From NCBI GenBank assembly GCA_001897425.1, contig MKSW01000036.1, positions 158,218-222,217 on the forward strand: a DNA stretch of 64,000 bases. The letters run 5' to 3'. The notes below the pieces were generated by a model. The model was given only the letters and a program-made list of their open reading frames with translations. It did no database searches and had not been told where the DNA came from. Made by a program: the position numbers and the translations under genes. Below are positions 31,287 to 46,399 of the stretch, in pieces. Position 1 is the first letter of the stretch. Each line of letters begins with the position of its first letter. The stretch comes from Actinobacteria bacterium 69-20 (GTDB taxonomy: Bacteria > Actinomycetota > Actinomycetes > Mycobacteriales > Nakamurellaceae).

Positions 31287-32188
31287 CGCTCAGCAACTAC
31301 GAGGCGGCGCAGACCGAGCCGGCGAATGTGCCCCTGACCCTGGAGTCCGGTAAGCCGGTGGGCCTGCTTCGCCGCGGCGTGGAGGTGTTCGCCGAGAACA
31401 AGCTGGCGCTGGCCGGGGTCGCCGTCATCGTGGTCTTTCTGTTGTTCTGCTTCATCGGGCCGCTGATCTACCACACCGACCAGATCCATACGAACCTGCT
31501 GGACGTCACGCTGCGTCCGGACGGCGCCCATCCGCTGGGAACGGACGGCAGCGGGTACGACCAACTCGGCCGGCTGATGCTCGGCGGTCAGACGTCGCTG
31601 GAGGTCGGGATTGCCGCCGCGGTGCTGGCGACCTTCTTCGGCACGCTGTGGGGCGCGATCTCCGGCTACCTCGGCGGCTGGGTCGATGCCGTGATGATGC
31701 GCATCGTCGACGGCCTGCTCGCGATCCCGGCACTGTTCCTGCTGCTGTTCCTCGCCACCATCGTCACCACGAGCAAGACCATCCTGATCGTCGTCATCGC
31801 GCTCGTCTCCTGGCTCGGGACGGCCCGGCTGGTGCGCGGCGAATCGCTGTCGCTGCGGGTGCGGGAATACGTGCAGGCGGTGAAGGTGATGGGCGGCGGC
31901 GGAACCCGCGCCGTGCTGCGGCATATCGCCCCGAACGCCGTCGGCACCATCATGGTCAACGCCACGTTCCAGGTCGCCGACGCGATCCTGACCGTCGCGG
32001 CCTTGGGGTACCTGGGGCTGTCCATTCCGCCGCCCGCCACCGACTGGGGCGGCATGTTGTCGACCGGGCTGCAGTACGCCGCCGTGGGCTATTGGTGGTT
32101 GATCTATCCGCCGGGCCTCGCGATCGTGCTGGTGGTCGTCGCGTTCAACTTCATCAGTGATGCGATGCGGGATGCGTTCGAGGTCCGG

Positions 32189-32203
<15 letters not shown>
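31283..32203 (+). CDS. Peptide ABC transporter permease (OppC/DppC-like)
   Basis: HPLGTDGSGYD, EYVQAVKVMGG, LGYLGL and DWGGML. Confidence 0.93.
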
Positions 32204-34369
<2,166 letters not shown>

Positions 34370-34505
34370 GGCATCTCCGTCGGGCCGCACCTCCAGGTGG
34401 CTGCCTGTGTGCGTGGCTGCCGGACCATGCGGCCGATGAATTCCATGCTAGGCCGGGATCATGGATCCGGCCGGTGCGCCGGATGCGTCCAGTGCATAGC
34501 CTTGC

Positions 34506-35351
34506 GTGATGGGTGCCGATCCGATCGCGATCCACGTCATCTCCGATTCCACCGGGGACACGGCGTCACGTGTCGCACGCGCCGCCGGCGCACAGTTCAC
34601 CGAGCATCCGACGCGGATCGTGAAACACCCGCGGATCGTCACCGCTGCGGGGCTGACCTCCGTTTTCGAGCGGATCTCGGCGTGCCGGCACGAGCGGATC
34701 ACGGTCTTCTCCACCCTCGTGGACGACGGGCTCCGCGACCTCGTCGCGCAGCGCTGCGGCGATCTCGATATCCCGTGCTTCGACCTGCTCGGACCCGCGT
34801 TGGATGCCCTCGAGCAGGCGAGCGGAGATCGCGCGGAGCGCGTGGTGGCGCGCCCGGTGGGCATCGATTCCGACTATTTCCAACGGATCGCGGCGATGGA
34901 GTTCGCGGTCAAGCACGACGACGGGCAGCACCCTGAGGGCCTCAAGAATGCGGACATCGTGCTCGTCGGCATTTCCCGGACCGGCAAGACGCCGCTGTCC
35001 ATGTACCTCGGGTACCTCGGGTACCGAACGGCGAACGTGCCGTTGGTGACCGGCCTCGCGCCGCCCGCCGCGCTGTTCGAGGTTGATCGTTTTCGCCTGG
35101 TTGCGCTCACTATCGATCCACAGCGCTTGGCCGCCATCCGATCACTGCGTGTGAGATCCATCGCTCGGGCGGAAGAAGTCGGCAATTATGCCGAATTGCC
35201 CGCTATTTTCAAGGAAGTCGACCACGCGTCGGCCGTTCAGCGCACGCTCCGATGCCCCGTCATCGACACCACCACGCTGGCACTCGAAGAAGCGGCGCGG
35301 CGGGTCATCGACGTGGTCGAGCAGCGACGCGCGGAGGCGCAGCCGACGTAA
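34506..35351 (+). CDS. PPDK regulatory kinase/pyrophosphorylase (PSRP, DUF299)
   Basis: ISDSTGDTA, YFQRIAAMEFAVKHDDG, GISRTGKTPLSMYL and ANVPL. Confidence 0.93.
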   Translation: MMGADPIAIHVISDSTGDTASRVARAAGAQFTEHPTRIVKHPRIVTAAGLTSVFERISACRHERITVFSTLVDDGLRDLVAQRCGDLDIPCFDLLGPALDALEQASGDRAERVVARPVGIDSDYFQRIAAMEFAVKHDDGQHPEGLKNADIVLVGISRTGKTPLSMYLGYLGYRTANVPLVTGLAPPAALFEVDRFRLVALTIDPQRLAAIRSLRVRSIARAEEVGNYAELPAIFKEVDHASAVQRTLRCPVIDTTTLALEEAARRVIDVVEQRRAEAQPT

Positions 35352-35370
35352 TCTCTCCGAGGAGCTCACC

Positions 35371-38055
<2,685 letters not shown>

Positions 38056-38149
38056 CCGCGCCGCGCCGCCGGGACGTTCGTGATTTCCACCCGCCCCGTC
38101 TTGGCGCCGCGCTCTTGGTTCCGCGCGCGCCGTGTGACAGGGTGGGGGC

Positions 38150-38380
38150 ATGGCCACACAGCCTTCCGCGCAGGAGCCCGATCACTCGGCAGCGAGCGAG
38201 CCGGGCGCCCCCTACCGTGCCGCTGACAGTGCCGACGTGCAGGCGCGATTCCGTGCTGCGCTCGAGCGCAAGCGCAGCCGCTCGGCCGCCGGAGCCAGCG
38301 GCGCGCAGGACGACCCCAAGATGCACGCCACCCACGGAGCTGCCGGCGGGCGCCGGGTCTTCCGTCGCAAGAGCGGCTGA
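38150..38380 (+). CDS. Small conserved actinobacterial protein (DUF5302-like)
   Basis: RFRAALERK...FRRKSG C-terminal signature. Confidence 0.8.
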   Translation: MATQPSAQEPDHSAASEPGAPYRAADSADVQARFRAALERKRSRSAAGASGAQDDPKMHATHGAAGGRRVFRRKSG

Positions 38381-38504
38381 CCTGCCGCTTCGCTGAGCTC
38401 GGCGAGGATGGATGACCCTCACGTGTGCGAGGGTGAGGATAACACTGTGAATGAAGTGGCTAGGCCTCTTGACTTGAAATGGCAAGGGCTATAGACCTAC
38501 GCTC

Positions 38505-38696
38505 ATGAAGCGCAGGGACCTGATGAGGAAGCTCAGGGAGCACGCCAAAGTGACTGGCCAGAGCATCGCTGAGGTCGAAGGTGGCAACCACACCAAGGTC
38601 ACGATCGGCGGCATGCAGACGACGGTCCCGCGCCACAGCGAGATCAACGAGATCACAGCGAAGGCGATCCTCAAGCTGATGGGGGTGGAGCAGTGA
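38505..38696 (+). CDS. hicA: HicA-family mRNA interferase toxin
   Basis: 63 aa with MKRRDL, EGGNH (conserved His) and TTVPRHSEINEITAKAIL. Confidence 0.88.
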   Translation: MKRRDLMRKLREHAKVTGQSIAEVEGGNHTKVTIGGMQTTVPRHSEINEITAKAILKLMGVEQ

Positions 38697-39058
38697 ATAT
38701 CACCGCGGTGGCCCAACGGTTTGGGGGTTGGTGGGCTGTGCACATTCCTGAGGTCGACGGTGCGTTCACCCAGACCCGTCGGCTCGATCAAGTGGCCGAC
38801 ATGGCGGCCGAGGCTGTCGCAATGATCCTCGGCCTCGACCCGTCGACCATCGACGTCACCGTGGAGCCGCACACGGGCAAGGACTCGCTCATCGCACAGG
38901 CCAGGGAAGCTCGTGATGCCGCTGACCGTGCCGCCGACGAAGCATCCCGGGTGATGCGTCAAACAGCGCGGGAACTTGTGGCGGACGGGCTAACGGTTCG
39001 CGACGTGGGGCGGGTCATGGGCGTCTCGCACCAGCGAGTGTCCCAACTGGTGTCCTGA
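38693..39058 (+). CDS. hicB: HicB-family antitoxin with a C-terminal HTH
   Basis: WWAVHIPEVDGAFTQTRRL, with C-terminal LTVRDVGRVMGVSHQRVSQL. GTGA overlap with hicA. Confidence 0.88.
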   Translation: MNITAVAQRFGGWWAVHIPEVDGAFTQTRRLDQVADMAAEAVAMILGLDPSTIDVTVEPHTGKDSLIAQAREARDAADRAADEASRVMRQTARELVADGLTVRDVGRVMGVSHQRVSQLVS

Positions 39059-39086
39059 TCCACAGAATCGTCAGTCGTGCGCGCGG

Positions 39087-40121
39087 CTACGGCCCGACGT
39101 CGAGGGCGGCGAGGATGTCGTCGGCGGCGGCGACGGGGGTGACGGCGCCGGCCAGCACCTGGGGCCGGAGCCGTTCGCGCGCGGCGCGCACGGCGGGGGA
39201 GTGGGCGAGGCGGGCCAGCAGCGCGTCGGTGACGAGGGCGCCGACCAGGTCCCAACGCTGAGCGCTGCGCTTGGCCGCGATGCCGGCCGCTCCCAGGAAC
39301 TCGCGGTGCCGGGCCACCAGGTTCCACACCTCGTCCACGCCGTCGCCGGTCAGCCCCGAGCAGGTGACCACAGGTGGAACCCACGACCCCGTCCCCGAGC
39401 TGCCATGGATGAGTCGCAGCGCGCCGGCGAGTTCCTTTGCCGCAGAACGCGCATCGGCGGTGTGGTCGCCGTCGGCCTTGTTGATGGCGATGACGTCCGC
39501 GATCTCCAGCACGCCGCGTTTGATGCCCTGCAACTGGTCGCCGGAACGGGCGAGCCCGAGCAGCAGGAACGTGTCCACCATGGAGGCCGCCGTGGTCTCC
39601 GACTGTCCGACACCGACCGTCTCCACGAGAACGACGTCGTATCCGGCGGCCTCGAGCAGCGGGATGGTTTGCGCGGTCGCGCGTGCGACCCCGCCCAGCG
39701 TGCCGGCGGCGGGCGACGGCCGGATGAAGGCGTTTTCGTCCGCGGAAAGCCTTGGCATGCGGGTCTTGTCGCCGAGCACCGACCCCCCGGTGCGCACCGA
39801 GGACGGGTCGATGGCTAGCACGCCGACGCGGTGCCCGCGGCCGGTCAACATGGTGCCGAGGGTCTCGATGAAGGTCGACTTGCCGGCGCCGGGAACGCCG
39901 GAAATGCCGACGCGCCAGCCGGTATCGGGTTCGGCTGCGGATCCGGCGAGCACGGACAGCAGTTCCCGGGCCGCGGCGCGGTGGTCGGCTCGGATCGATT
40001 CGACGAGGGTGATCGCGCGGGCGAGTGCCGGCCGATCGCCGGAGCGCACGGCGTCAGCGAGCGCGCGGACGCCCATGACGTCCATGACGGTGTTCTCCCG
40101 GCCGGGCGCCGCCGAGGTCAC
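39087..40121 (-). CDS. meaB: Methylmalonyl-CoA mutase-associated GTPase
   Basis: [33 protein letters not shown] and NKAD. Confidence 0.95.
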   Translation of the reverse strand: MTSAAPGRENTVMDVMGVRALADAVRSGDRPALARAITLVESIRADHRAAARELLSVLAGSAAEPDTGWRVGISGVPGAGKSTFIETLGTMLTGRGHRVGVLAIDPSSVRTGGSVLGDKTRMPRLSADENAFIRPSPAAGTLGGVARATAQTIPLLEAAGYDVVLVETVGVGQSETTAASMVDTFLLLGLARSGDQLQGIKRGVLEIADVIAINKADGDHTADARSAAKELAGALRLIHGSSGTGSWVPPVVTCSGLTGDGVDEVWNLVARHREFLGAAGIAAKRSAQRWDLVGALVTDALLARLAHSPAVRAARERLRPQVLAGAVTPVAAADDILAALDVGP

Positions 40122-42304
40122 GGCGCGGACGCCAGCCGGGCGTTTAGGTCGGCGAGCAACTCGAGCGCCGCGTCGGCGATCACCGTTCCGGGGCCGAAGA
40201 CCGCGCTGGCCCCGGCCGCCTTCACCGCCGCGACATCGCCCGGCGGGATCACCCCGCCGGCCACGATCATGATCTCTGGCCGGCCCTCCGCGGCCAGCGC
40301 GTCGCGCAGCGCGGGCACCAGCGTCAGGTGCCCGGCCGCCAGCGTGGACACCCCGACGATGTGCACGTCCGCGTCCACCGCCTGCCGCGCGACCTCCTCC
40401 GGGGTGGCGAAGAGTGGGCCCACGTCCACGTCGAAGCCGAGGTCGGCGAAGGCGGTGACGATCACCTTCTGGCCGCGGTCGTGACCGTCCTGGCCGATCT
40501 TGGCCACCAGCATCCGCGGCCGCCGCCCGTGCGCGGCCTCGAAATCGGCCGTGGCGGCAAGGACTTTCGCGATGGCGTCGGCCTGGCCGGCCTCAGAGCG
40601 GTACACACCGGAGATGGTACGGATCACGGCGGTGTGCCGCCCGAAGACCTTTTCCAGGGCGAGGGAGATCTCGCCGACCGTCGCCTTCGCGCGGGCGGCG
40701 TCGGCTGCGAGCGCGAGCAGGTTGCCGGACAGGTCGGCCGGGCTAGAACCATTGCCGCGGGCCGCCGCGGCCGTCAGTGCATCCAGCGCGCGCCCCACAG
40801 CGGCGGGGTCCCTGTTGGCGCGTAGCTTCTCGAGCTTCGCGATCTGCGCCGCGCGCACCGCATGGTTGTCGACCGTGAGCACGTCGAACGGTTCTTCGCG
40901 CTCCACTCGGAACGCGTTGACTCCGACCACGGTTTGCGCGCCCGAGTCGATGCGGGCCTGCACCCGCGCGGCGGCCTCTTCGATCCGCAGCTTGGGGATG
41001 CCGGCTTCGATCGCCTTCGCCATGCCCCCGGCCGCTGCGATCTCCGCGATGTGGGTGCGCGCGCGGGCTGCGAGTTCGGCGGTGAGCGACTCGACGTAGT
41101 ACGACCCGCCCCACGGGTCGATGATCGCGCAGGTTCCCGACTCCTGTTGCAGCACCAGCTGTGTGTTCCGGGCGATGCGCGCGGAGAAATCGGTCGGCAG
41201 CGCGATCGCCTCGTCCAGCGCGTTCGTGTGCAGCGACTGGGTGTGCCCCTGGGTCGCCGCCATCGCCTCGATGCAGGTGCGGGCCACGTTGTTGAACGCA
41301 TCCTGCGCGGTGAGCGACCAGCCGGACGTCTGGCAGTGCGTCCGCAGCATGGAGGACTTCGGGTTCCGCGGCCCGAACTCCGCCATCAGTTCGTGCCAGA
41401 GCAGCCGCGCAGCACGGAGCTTCGCGACCTCGGTGAAGAAGTTCATCCCGATGCCGAAGAAGAACGACAGCCGCGGCGCGAACTCGTCGACGTCCAGCCC
41501 GGCCGCGACCCCGGCGCGCACGTACTCGATCCCGTCCGCCAGCGTGTACGCGAGCTCCAGATCGGCCGTCGCGCCGGCCTCCTGGATGTGGTACCCGGAG
41601 ATCGAGATTGAGTTGAACTTCGGCATTCTCGCGGTCGTATAGGCGAAGATGTCGGAGATGATCCGCATGCTCGGCGCCGGCGGATAGATGTAGGTATTGC
41701 GGACCATGAACTCCTTGAGGATGTCGTTCTGGATGGTCCCGGCCAGCCGCTCCGGCGCCACGCCCTGTTCCTCGGCGGCCACGATGTACAGCGCGAGGAT
41801 CGGCAGCACCGCGCCGTTCATCGTCATGGACACGGACACGTCGCCCAGCGGGATCGAGTCGAACAGCTGGCGCATGTCCACGATCGAGTCGATCGCCACC
41901 CCGGCCATGCCGACATCGCCTGCCACCCGCGGATTGTCGGAATCGTAGCCGCGGTGGGTGGGCAGGTCGAAGGCGACGGACAGGCCCTTCTGCCCGGCCG
42001 CCAGGTTCCGCCGGTAGAACGCGTTGGACTCCTCCGCGGTGGAGAAGCCGGCGTACTGCCGGATGGTCCACGGGCGGGTCGTGTACATGGTGGGGTACGG
42101 CCCGCGCAGATACGGCGCGAGCCCCGGATACGTGTCCTGGTGGTCGATGTCGGCCAGGTCCGCTGCGCGATACGCCTGCCGTATCGCAATGCCCTCCGGT
42201 GAGATCCGGTGCGCCGCATCGGGTATGACGATGTTCGTAGGGATACGGGTTCCGTCGGCCGCAGCCCAGAGCGGTAGCCCCGCAAAGGTTTTCGGCACGC
42301 TCAT
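40118..42304 (-). CDS. mutB: Methylmalonyl-CoA mutase large subunit
   Basis: [37 protein letters not shown], and the B12-binding GQDGHDRG. Confidence 0.97.
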   Translation of the reverse strand: MSVPKTFAGLPLWAAADGTRIPTNIVIPDAAHRISPEGIAIRQAYRAADLADIDHQDTYPGLAPYLRGPYPTMYTTRPWTIRQYAGFSTAEESNAFYRRNLAAGQKGLSVAFDLPTHRGYDSDNPRVAGDVGMAGVAIDSIVDMRQLFDSIPLGDVSVSMTMNGAVLPILALYIVAAEEQGVAPERLAGTIQNDILKEFMVRNTYIYPPAPSMRIISDIFAYTTARMPKFNSISISGYHIQEAGATADLELAYTLADGIEYVRAGVAAGLDVDEFAPRLSFFFGIGMNFFTEVAKLRAARLLWHELMAEFGPRNPKSSMLRTHCQTSGWSLTAQDAFNNVARTCIEAMAATQGHTQSLHTNALDEAIALPTDFSARIARNTQLVLQQESGTCAIIDPWGGSYYVESLTAELAARARTHIAEIAAAGGMAKAIEAGIPKLRIEEAAARVQARIDSGAQTVVGVNAFRVEREEPFDVLTVDNHAVRAAQIAKLEKLRANRDPAAVGRALDALTAAAARGNGSSPADLSGNLLALAADAARAKATVGEISLALEKVFGRHTAVIRTISGVYRSEAGQADAIAKVLAATADFEAAHGRRPRMLVAKIGQDGHDRGQKVIVTAFADLGFDVDVGPLFATPEEVARQAVDADVHIVGVSTLAAGHLTLVPALRDALAAEGRPEIMIVAGGVIPPGDVAAVKAAGASAVFGPGTVIADAALELLADLNARLASAP

Positions 42305-44187
42305 CGGGCGCCTCCCAGGGCCGTGCGCACCGTGCGCAGGAACGTGAGCACGTCGTCGCCGGCCGCGACCGTGCCGTCGATCAGCCCGTCGGGGAGCTCG
42401 GCGAGGAGCGCCTTCGGCCGACCCGACAGCAACACCGTCCGTGCGCCGGCAGCTCGCACGGCCGCCGCGGTCCCGGCGAGCCCGTCGGCGTAGTCCGCGT
42501 CCGAGCCGACGATCATGACGACGTCGCGTCGATCGCTCGAAGTTACTGCGGCGTCTGAGATGTCGACCGCGATACCGCCCGCCGCGAGCAGGTTCCGGAT
42601 GAACAGCATCCGCGGTGACGCGGCGGCTTCGGTGCCGATCCGCACCAGCCGGATCGGCTGCGGGGGCGGGTCGTCCCGCATCGCCTCGAACGGTTCGGCC
42701 CAGCGCCGGACCGGCTCGGTGGACGCGGGGCGGCGCGTCGGCAGGTCCCCGGTGTGCTCGTCCGCATTCGGGAACTCACTCACCCCGGTGATCGGTTGCC
42801 GGCGCGTCGCGATCCGGCGCTCCCGCTCCAGTCGGACACCGGCGAGGCGTTCGGCGAGGGAGCCGTCGGCCAGCGCCGCGAGGGTGCCCCCGGCCGACTC
42901 GATCGCGTCGAACTCGGCCCAGGCGGCTTCGGCGAGCGAGGCGGTGAGCATCTCCACGGCGTACGCGCCGCCAGCCGGATCGGCGACCGCGTCCAGGTGC
43001 GACTCCCCGGTGAGCAGCGCAGAGATGTTGCGCGCCATGCGGTTCCCGAATTCCTCTGGGATCCCGAGCATGGCGTCGAACGGCTCCACGGTGATCGCCT
43101 CGGCACCCCCCACGGCTGCGGCGAAGGCGGCGATGGTGCCGCGGAGCATGTTCACGTAGCTGTCGTAGCGCGTCATCATCGCCGACGAGGTGACGGCATG
43201 CTGACGCGCCGCGCGTGCCGCTGGCGACGCACCGGACAGCTCGGCGACCCGGTGCCAGGCCAGCCGCGCCGCGCGGAGTTTTGCGATGGTGGCGAACTGC
43301 TCGTCGGTCGCCGAGAATCGGAACGAGAGCAGGCGGCACGCGTCGTCGACGTCCACGCCCGCCTCGGTCACCAGGCGCAGGTAGGCGGCTCCGGCCGCCA
43401 GCACGTATCCGATCTCGGCGGCGTCACCAGCGCCCGCGTCGTGCGCGGCCGTCCCGTCGACCACGAGCGCACCGATACCGAGATCCGTTGCGACAGAGAC
43501 AGATTCGGCAACTGTCTCGGCAACCAGGCGCTCTACGGAACGCGCGTCGTCGGCCGGCTGTAGCGGCGCCCCGGCCAGTGCCCGGCGCGCCGCCCGGCCG
43601 ATCGGATCCGCGCCGATGCTCCCGGAAGGGTGCAGCGCCACGCCGCGTTCACGGGCCATGGTCGCCAGTACGCGAGCCCCGGCGAGAACGGCGTCATCGG
43701 CGGCAGCACCGTCACCGCCGCCGGCAGGGGACGCGGCCGCGTCGAGCACGATCGGGGCGCGGTCGAGGGGCACGTCGGCGAGAACCGCGGCCAGATCGGC
43801 AGGCGAAGTCCCACCCTCACCGACCACCACCCACAGCGAGTCGGCGCCACCCGCCAATTCCGCCACCGCCGTGGCGTGCGCCCGCGCGGGGTCCGGGTCC
43901 GCGATGCGGCTGCGGACATCCCACCGGGCGGACGCGGTCGACCCGCGCAGGAACGGGGCTGCGCCCGGATCCGCGCCGAGCGCCGCGGAGGTCGCGAGAC
44001 CGGCGGCCAGCGCGGCCGTTCCGAGCGCGGGGATCGGCACGCCCTCGACGGTGCTCCGGGACAGCCGCTGCCACACGTCGGAGTCGGGCGCGTCCGCGGC
44101 AAGACGCCCGGACTTCCGCAGCACGGACGCGGCGGCGGCCTCCCACGCCCGCCGATCCGCGTCGGGCGGAGCAGAGCTCTCGGTCAT
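42301..44187 (-). CDS. mutA: Methylmalonyl-CoA mutase small subunit
   Basis: [37 protein letters not shown] and [15 protein letters not shown] at 44195-44200 lies 7 nt upstream of ATG 44187. Confidence 0.9.
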   Translation of the reverse strand: MTESSAPPDADRRAWEAAAASVLRKSGRLAADAPDSDVWQRLSRSTVEGVPIPALGTAALAAGLATSAALGADPGAAPFLRGSTASARWDVRSRIADPDPARAHATAVAELAGGADSLWVVVGEGGTSPADLAAVLADVPLDRAPIVLDAAASPAGGGDGAAADDAVLAGARVLATMARERGVALHPSGSIGADPIGRAARRALAGAPLQPADDARSVERLVAETVAESVSVATDLGIGALVVDGTAAHDAGAGDAAEIGYVLAAGAAYLRLVTEAGVDVDDACRLLSFRFSATDEQFATIAKLRAARLAWHRVAELSGASPAARAARQHAVTSSAMMTRYDSYVNMLRGTIAAFAAAVGGAEAITVEPFDAMLGIPEEFGNRMARNISALLTGESHLDAVADPAGGAYAVEMLTASLAEAAWAEFDAIESAGGTLAALADGSLAERLAGVRLERERRIATRRQPITGVSEFPNADEHTGDLPTRRPASTEPVRRWAEPFEAMRDDPPPQPIRLVRIGTEAAASPRMLFIRNLLAAGGIAVDISDAAVTSSDRRDVVMIVGSDADYADGLAGTAAAVRAAGARTVLLSGRPKALLAELPDGLIDGTVAAGDDVLTFLRTVRTALGGAR

Positions 44188-44236
44188 GGCTCCGAGCGTA
44201 TCGGCACCACCGGCGCCACCGGCGCCCCGCACCGGC

Positions 44237-45712
44237 TCAGGGCAGCTCCCAGGTGTGCACGGGCGCGTTCGCGTGCATGCCCTCCGCGTACCGCCGCAGC
44301 ATCTCGGCCAACGCCTGCGGCCGATCGAGCCCGCGCGCCTGCAGCGCCGACACCGTATCGGCCTGCCACGACGCGCCGTTCACCCGCCGCTTGGCGCGCT
44401 CCTCGATGATCGTCAGATACCGGTCCCGCACGGCGCGCGAGACACCCCACCGGGACAGGCCCTCCTCGGCCAGCGGCAGCAGGCGCCGCAGCACCAGCTC
44501 GTCCCACGGCACCGTTCCGATGCCCGGCCAGTAGAACACGGCGTCGACCCCGAGCCGGGCGCCCTCGGCGAAGTTCGATTGCGCCGCATCGAAACTCATC
44601 TTCGTCCACAGCGGGCGCTCATCGGAGGCGAGCATGCGCAGCGCCCCGTAGTAGAAGGCCGCGTTCGCCATCACGTCGACCACGGTGGGCCCGGCCGGCA
44701 GCACCCGGTTCTCGACGCGAAGGTGCGGAATGCCGTCGACCACGTCGTACACCGGCCGGTTCCAGCGGTAGACGGTGCCGTTGTGCAACCGGAGCTCCTG
44801 CAGCTTCGGCGCCCGGCCCGCCGCCAGCTCCGCCTCCGGGTCCTCGTCGGACACCTCGGGCAGCAGCGCGGGGAAGTACCGGACGTTCTCCTCGAACAGA
44901 TCGAAGATCGAGGTGATCCAGCGTTCGCCGAAGAACACCGGCGGCCGCACCCCCTGGTTCTTCAGCTCCGGGGACCGGGTGTCCGTCGCCTGCAGGAACA
45001 ACTCGGTGCGCGTCTCGGCCCACAGCCGCTTCCCGAACAGGAACGGCGAGTTCGCGCCGAGCGCAAGCTGCGGGCCGGCCAGGATCTGCGCAGCGTTCCA
45101 GTTCGCGGCGAAGTCCGCCGGGGACACCTGCAGGTGCAGTTGCACGGAGGTGCACGCGGACTCCGGCGCGATCGTCGGCGAAAACATCCGCAGCCGTTCC
45201 ACACCCGCGATCTCCAGCTCCAGATCCTCACGCCGGGCGGCGAACACGGCCTCGTCGAGCGCCTCGTAACGCGGATTGGCGCTCATCCAGTCGCCGGCGA
45301 GGTCCTCGGGCATCAACGTCGGCAGGATCCCGATCATGATGATGCGCGCGCCCGCCTCCCGCGCCCGGGCGTCCGCGTGGTCGAGCGAAACCCGCAGCAA
45401 CTCCTCGAGTTCCAGAGCGGAGTCGCCGGGCAGCGGCCGCGGCGGCACGTTGAGCTCGATGTTGTAGCGGCCCAACTCGGTCTGGTACGCGGGATCCGCG
45501 ATCGCGGCGAGCACAGAGCTGTTGGCCATCGCGGGCCGCCAGTCCTCGCCCACCAGGTTCAGTTCGATCTCGAGCCCGGTCAGCGGCCGGTCGAAGTCGA
45601 AGGTGTGGTCGACCAGCATGGTCTCGAAGACGTCGAGACAGCGCCGCATCTTGTCCCGGTAGCGGGTGCGCTGTTCCCGGGTGAACGTGGCGGTCGCGAT
45701 GTCATCTCCCAC
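44237..45712 (-). CDS. Glutamate-cysteine ligase family (GCS2-like) protein
   Basis: GLEIELNL, QTELGRYNIE, CTSVQLHLQV, ANSPFLFG, WNRPVY and HLRVENRVLPAGPT. Confidence 0.85.
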   Translation of the reverse strand: MGDDIATATFTREQRTRYRDKMRRCLDVFETMLVDHTFDFDRPLTGLEIELNLVGEDWRPAMANSSVLAAIADPAYQTELGRYNIELNVPPRPLPGDSALELEELLRVSLDHADARAREAGARIIMIGILPTLMPEDLAGDWMSANPRYEALDEAVFAARREDLELEIAGVERLRMFSPTIAPESACTSVQLHLQVSPADFAANWNAAQILAGPQLALGANSPFLFGKRLWAETRTELFLQATDTRSPELKNQGVRPPVFFGERWITSIFDLFEENVRYFPALLPEVSDEDPEAELAAGRAPKLQELRLHNGTVYRWNRPVYDVVDGIPHLRVENRVLPAGPTVVDVMANAAFYYGALRMLASDERPLWTKMSFDAAQSNFAEGARLGVDAVFYWPGIGTVPWDELVLRRLLPLAEEGLSRWGVSRAVRDRYLTIIEERAKRRVNGASWQADTVSALQARGLDRPQALAEMLRRYAEGMHANAPVHTWELP

Positions 45713-45807
45713 GGCGGCCCCCGATCGTGCTCGCGGCTATGGTGTGCGTCACATCGCAAGCGAACCACAGCCGCGGCCTCGCGGCATTCGCGCGGGGCAC
45801 ACGGCGG

Positions 45808-46260
45808 TCAACCGCCCAGTGACTGGCAGGGACGAAGGCGCAGGTCGCGGACGTAGGCGGCGGGCGCGCCCGCGGCTTCGGCGGCATCGGCCATGACGCC
45901 GAGGTACCGGGCCGACGGCAGACCGCCCTCGTAGGCCCGCAGCGCATACAGCCAGGCGAGCACGCTCGAATCCTCGGTCTCGATTCGCAACCGCACCTTG
46001 GCGTACAGGCCGATATCGGCGCCCTCCCACGAGTCGAGGTTGTGCTCGTCGGGGGCACTGACGTCATAGAGCACCACGAAAACGGACGACTCCGCCTCGG
46101 GGACGACGGTCGCGAGCGCGCCCTCCCAGCCGAGGTCCTCGCCGCCGAACGTCAAGCGCCAGCCGTGCAGCCAGCCGGTCCCCGCCGACGGCGATGACGG
46201 GCAGCGCTGCAGCATCTGCGTCGGATCCATATTGGACCCGTATGCGGCGTAGAACGGCAT
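45808..46260 (-). CDS. Gamma-glutamylcyclotransferase (AIG2-like, Rv3304-like)
   Basis: YAAYGSNM, RLTFGGE, LDSWEG and YEGGLPSARY. TACGCT at 46269-46274 supports ATG 46260. Confidence 0.88.
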   Translation of the reverse strand: MPFYAAYGSNMDPTQMLQRCPSSPSAGTGWLHGWRLTFGGEDLGWEGALATVVPEAESSVFVVLYDVSAPDEHNLDSWEGADIGLYAKVRLRIETEDSSVLAWLYALRAYEGGLPSARYLGVMADAAEAAGAPAAYVRDLRLRPCQSLGG

Positions 46261-46399
46261 GAGCATTTAGCGTAGTGGCTTCGGGGCATCCGGCCTCGGG
46301 AGTCGACGCCGCCGTGTCCGCGGACGCGCCCACCGGGACCGTCCCGGGATGGGCAGCCGGGGTTCGGATCGGACGTTCACATCGAAAGGCAGCGCCGCG

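Noticed and set aside
44188-44236. Cobalamin riboswitch upstream of mutA
   Set aside because: The gap is only about 50 nt, has no B12-box, and contains a -10 hexamer suggesting a leaderless mRNA.
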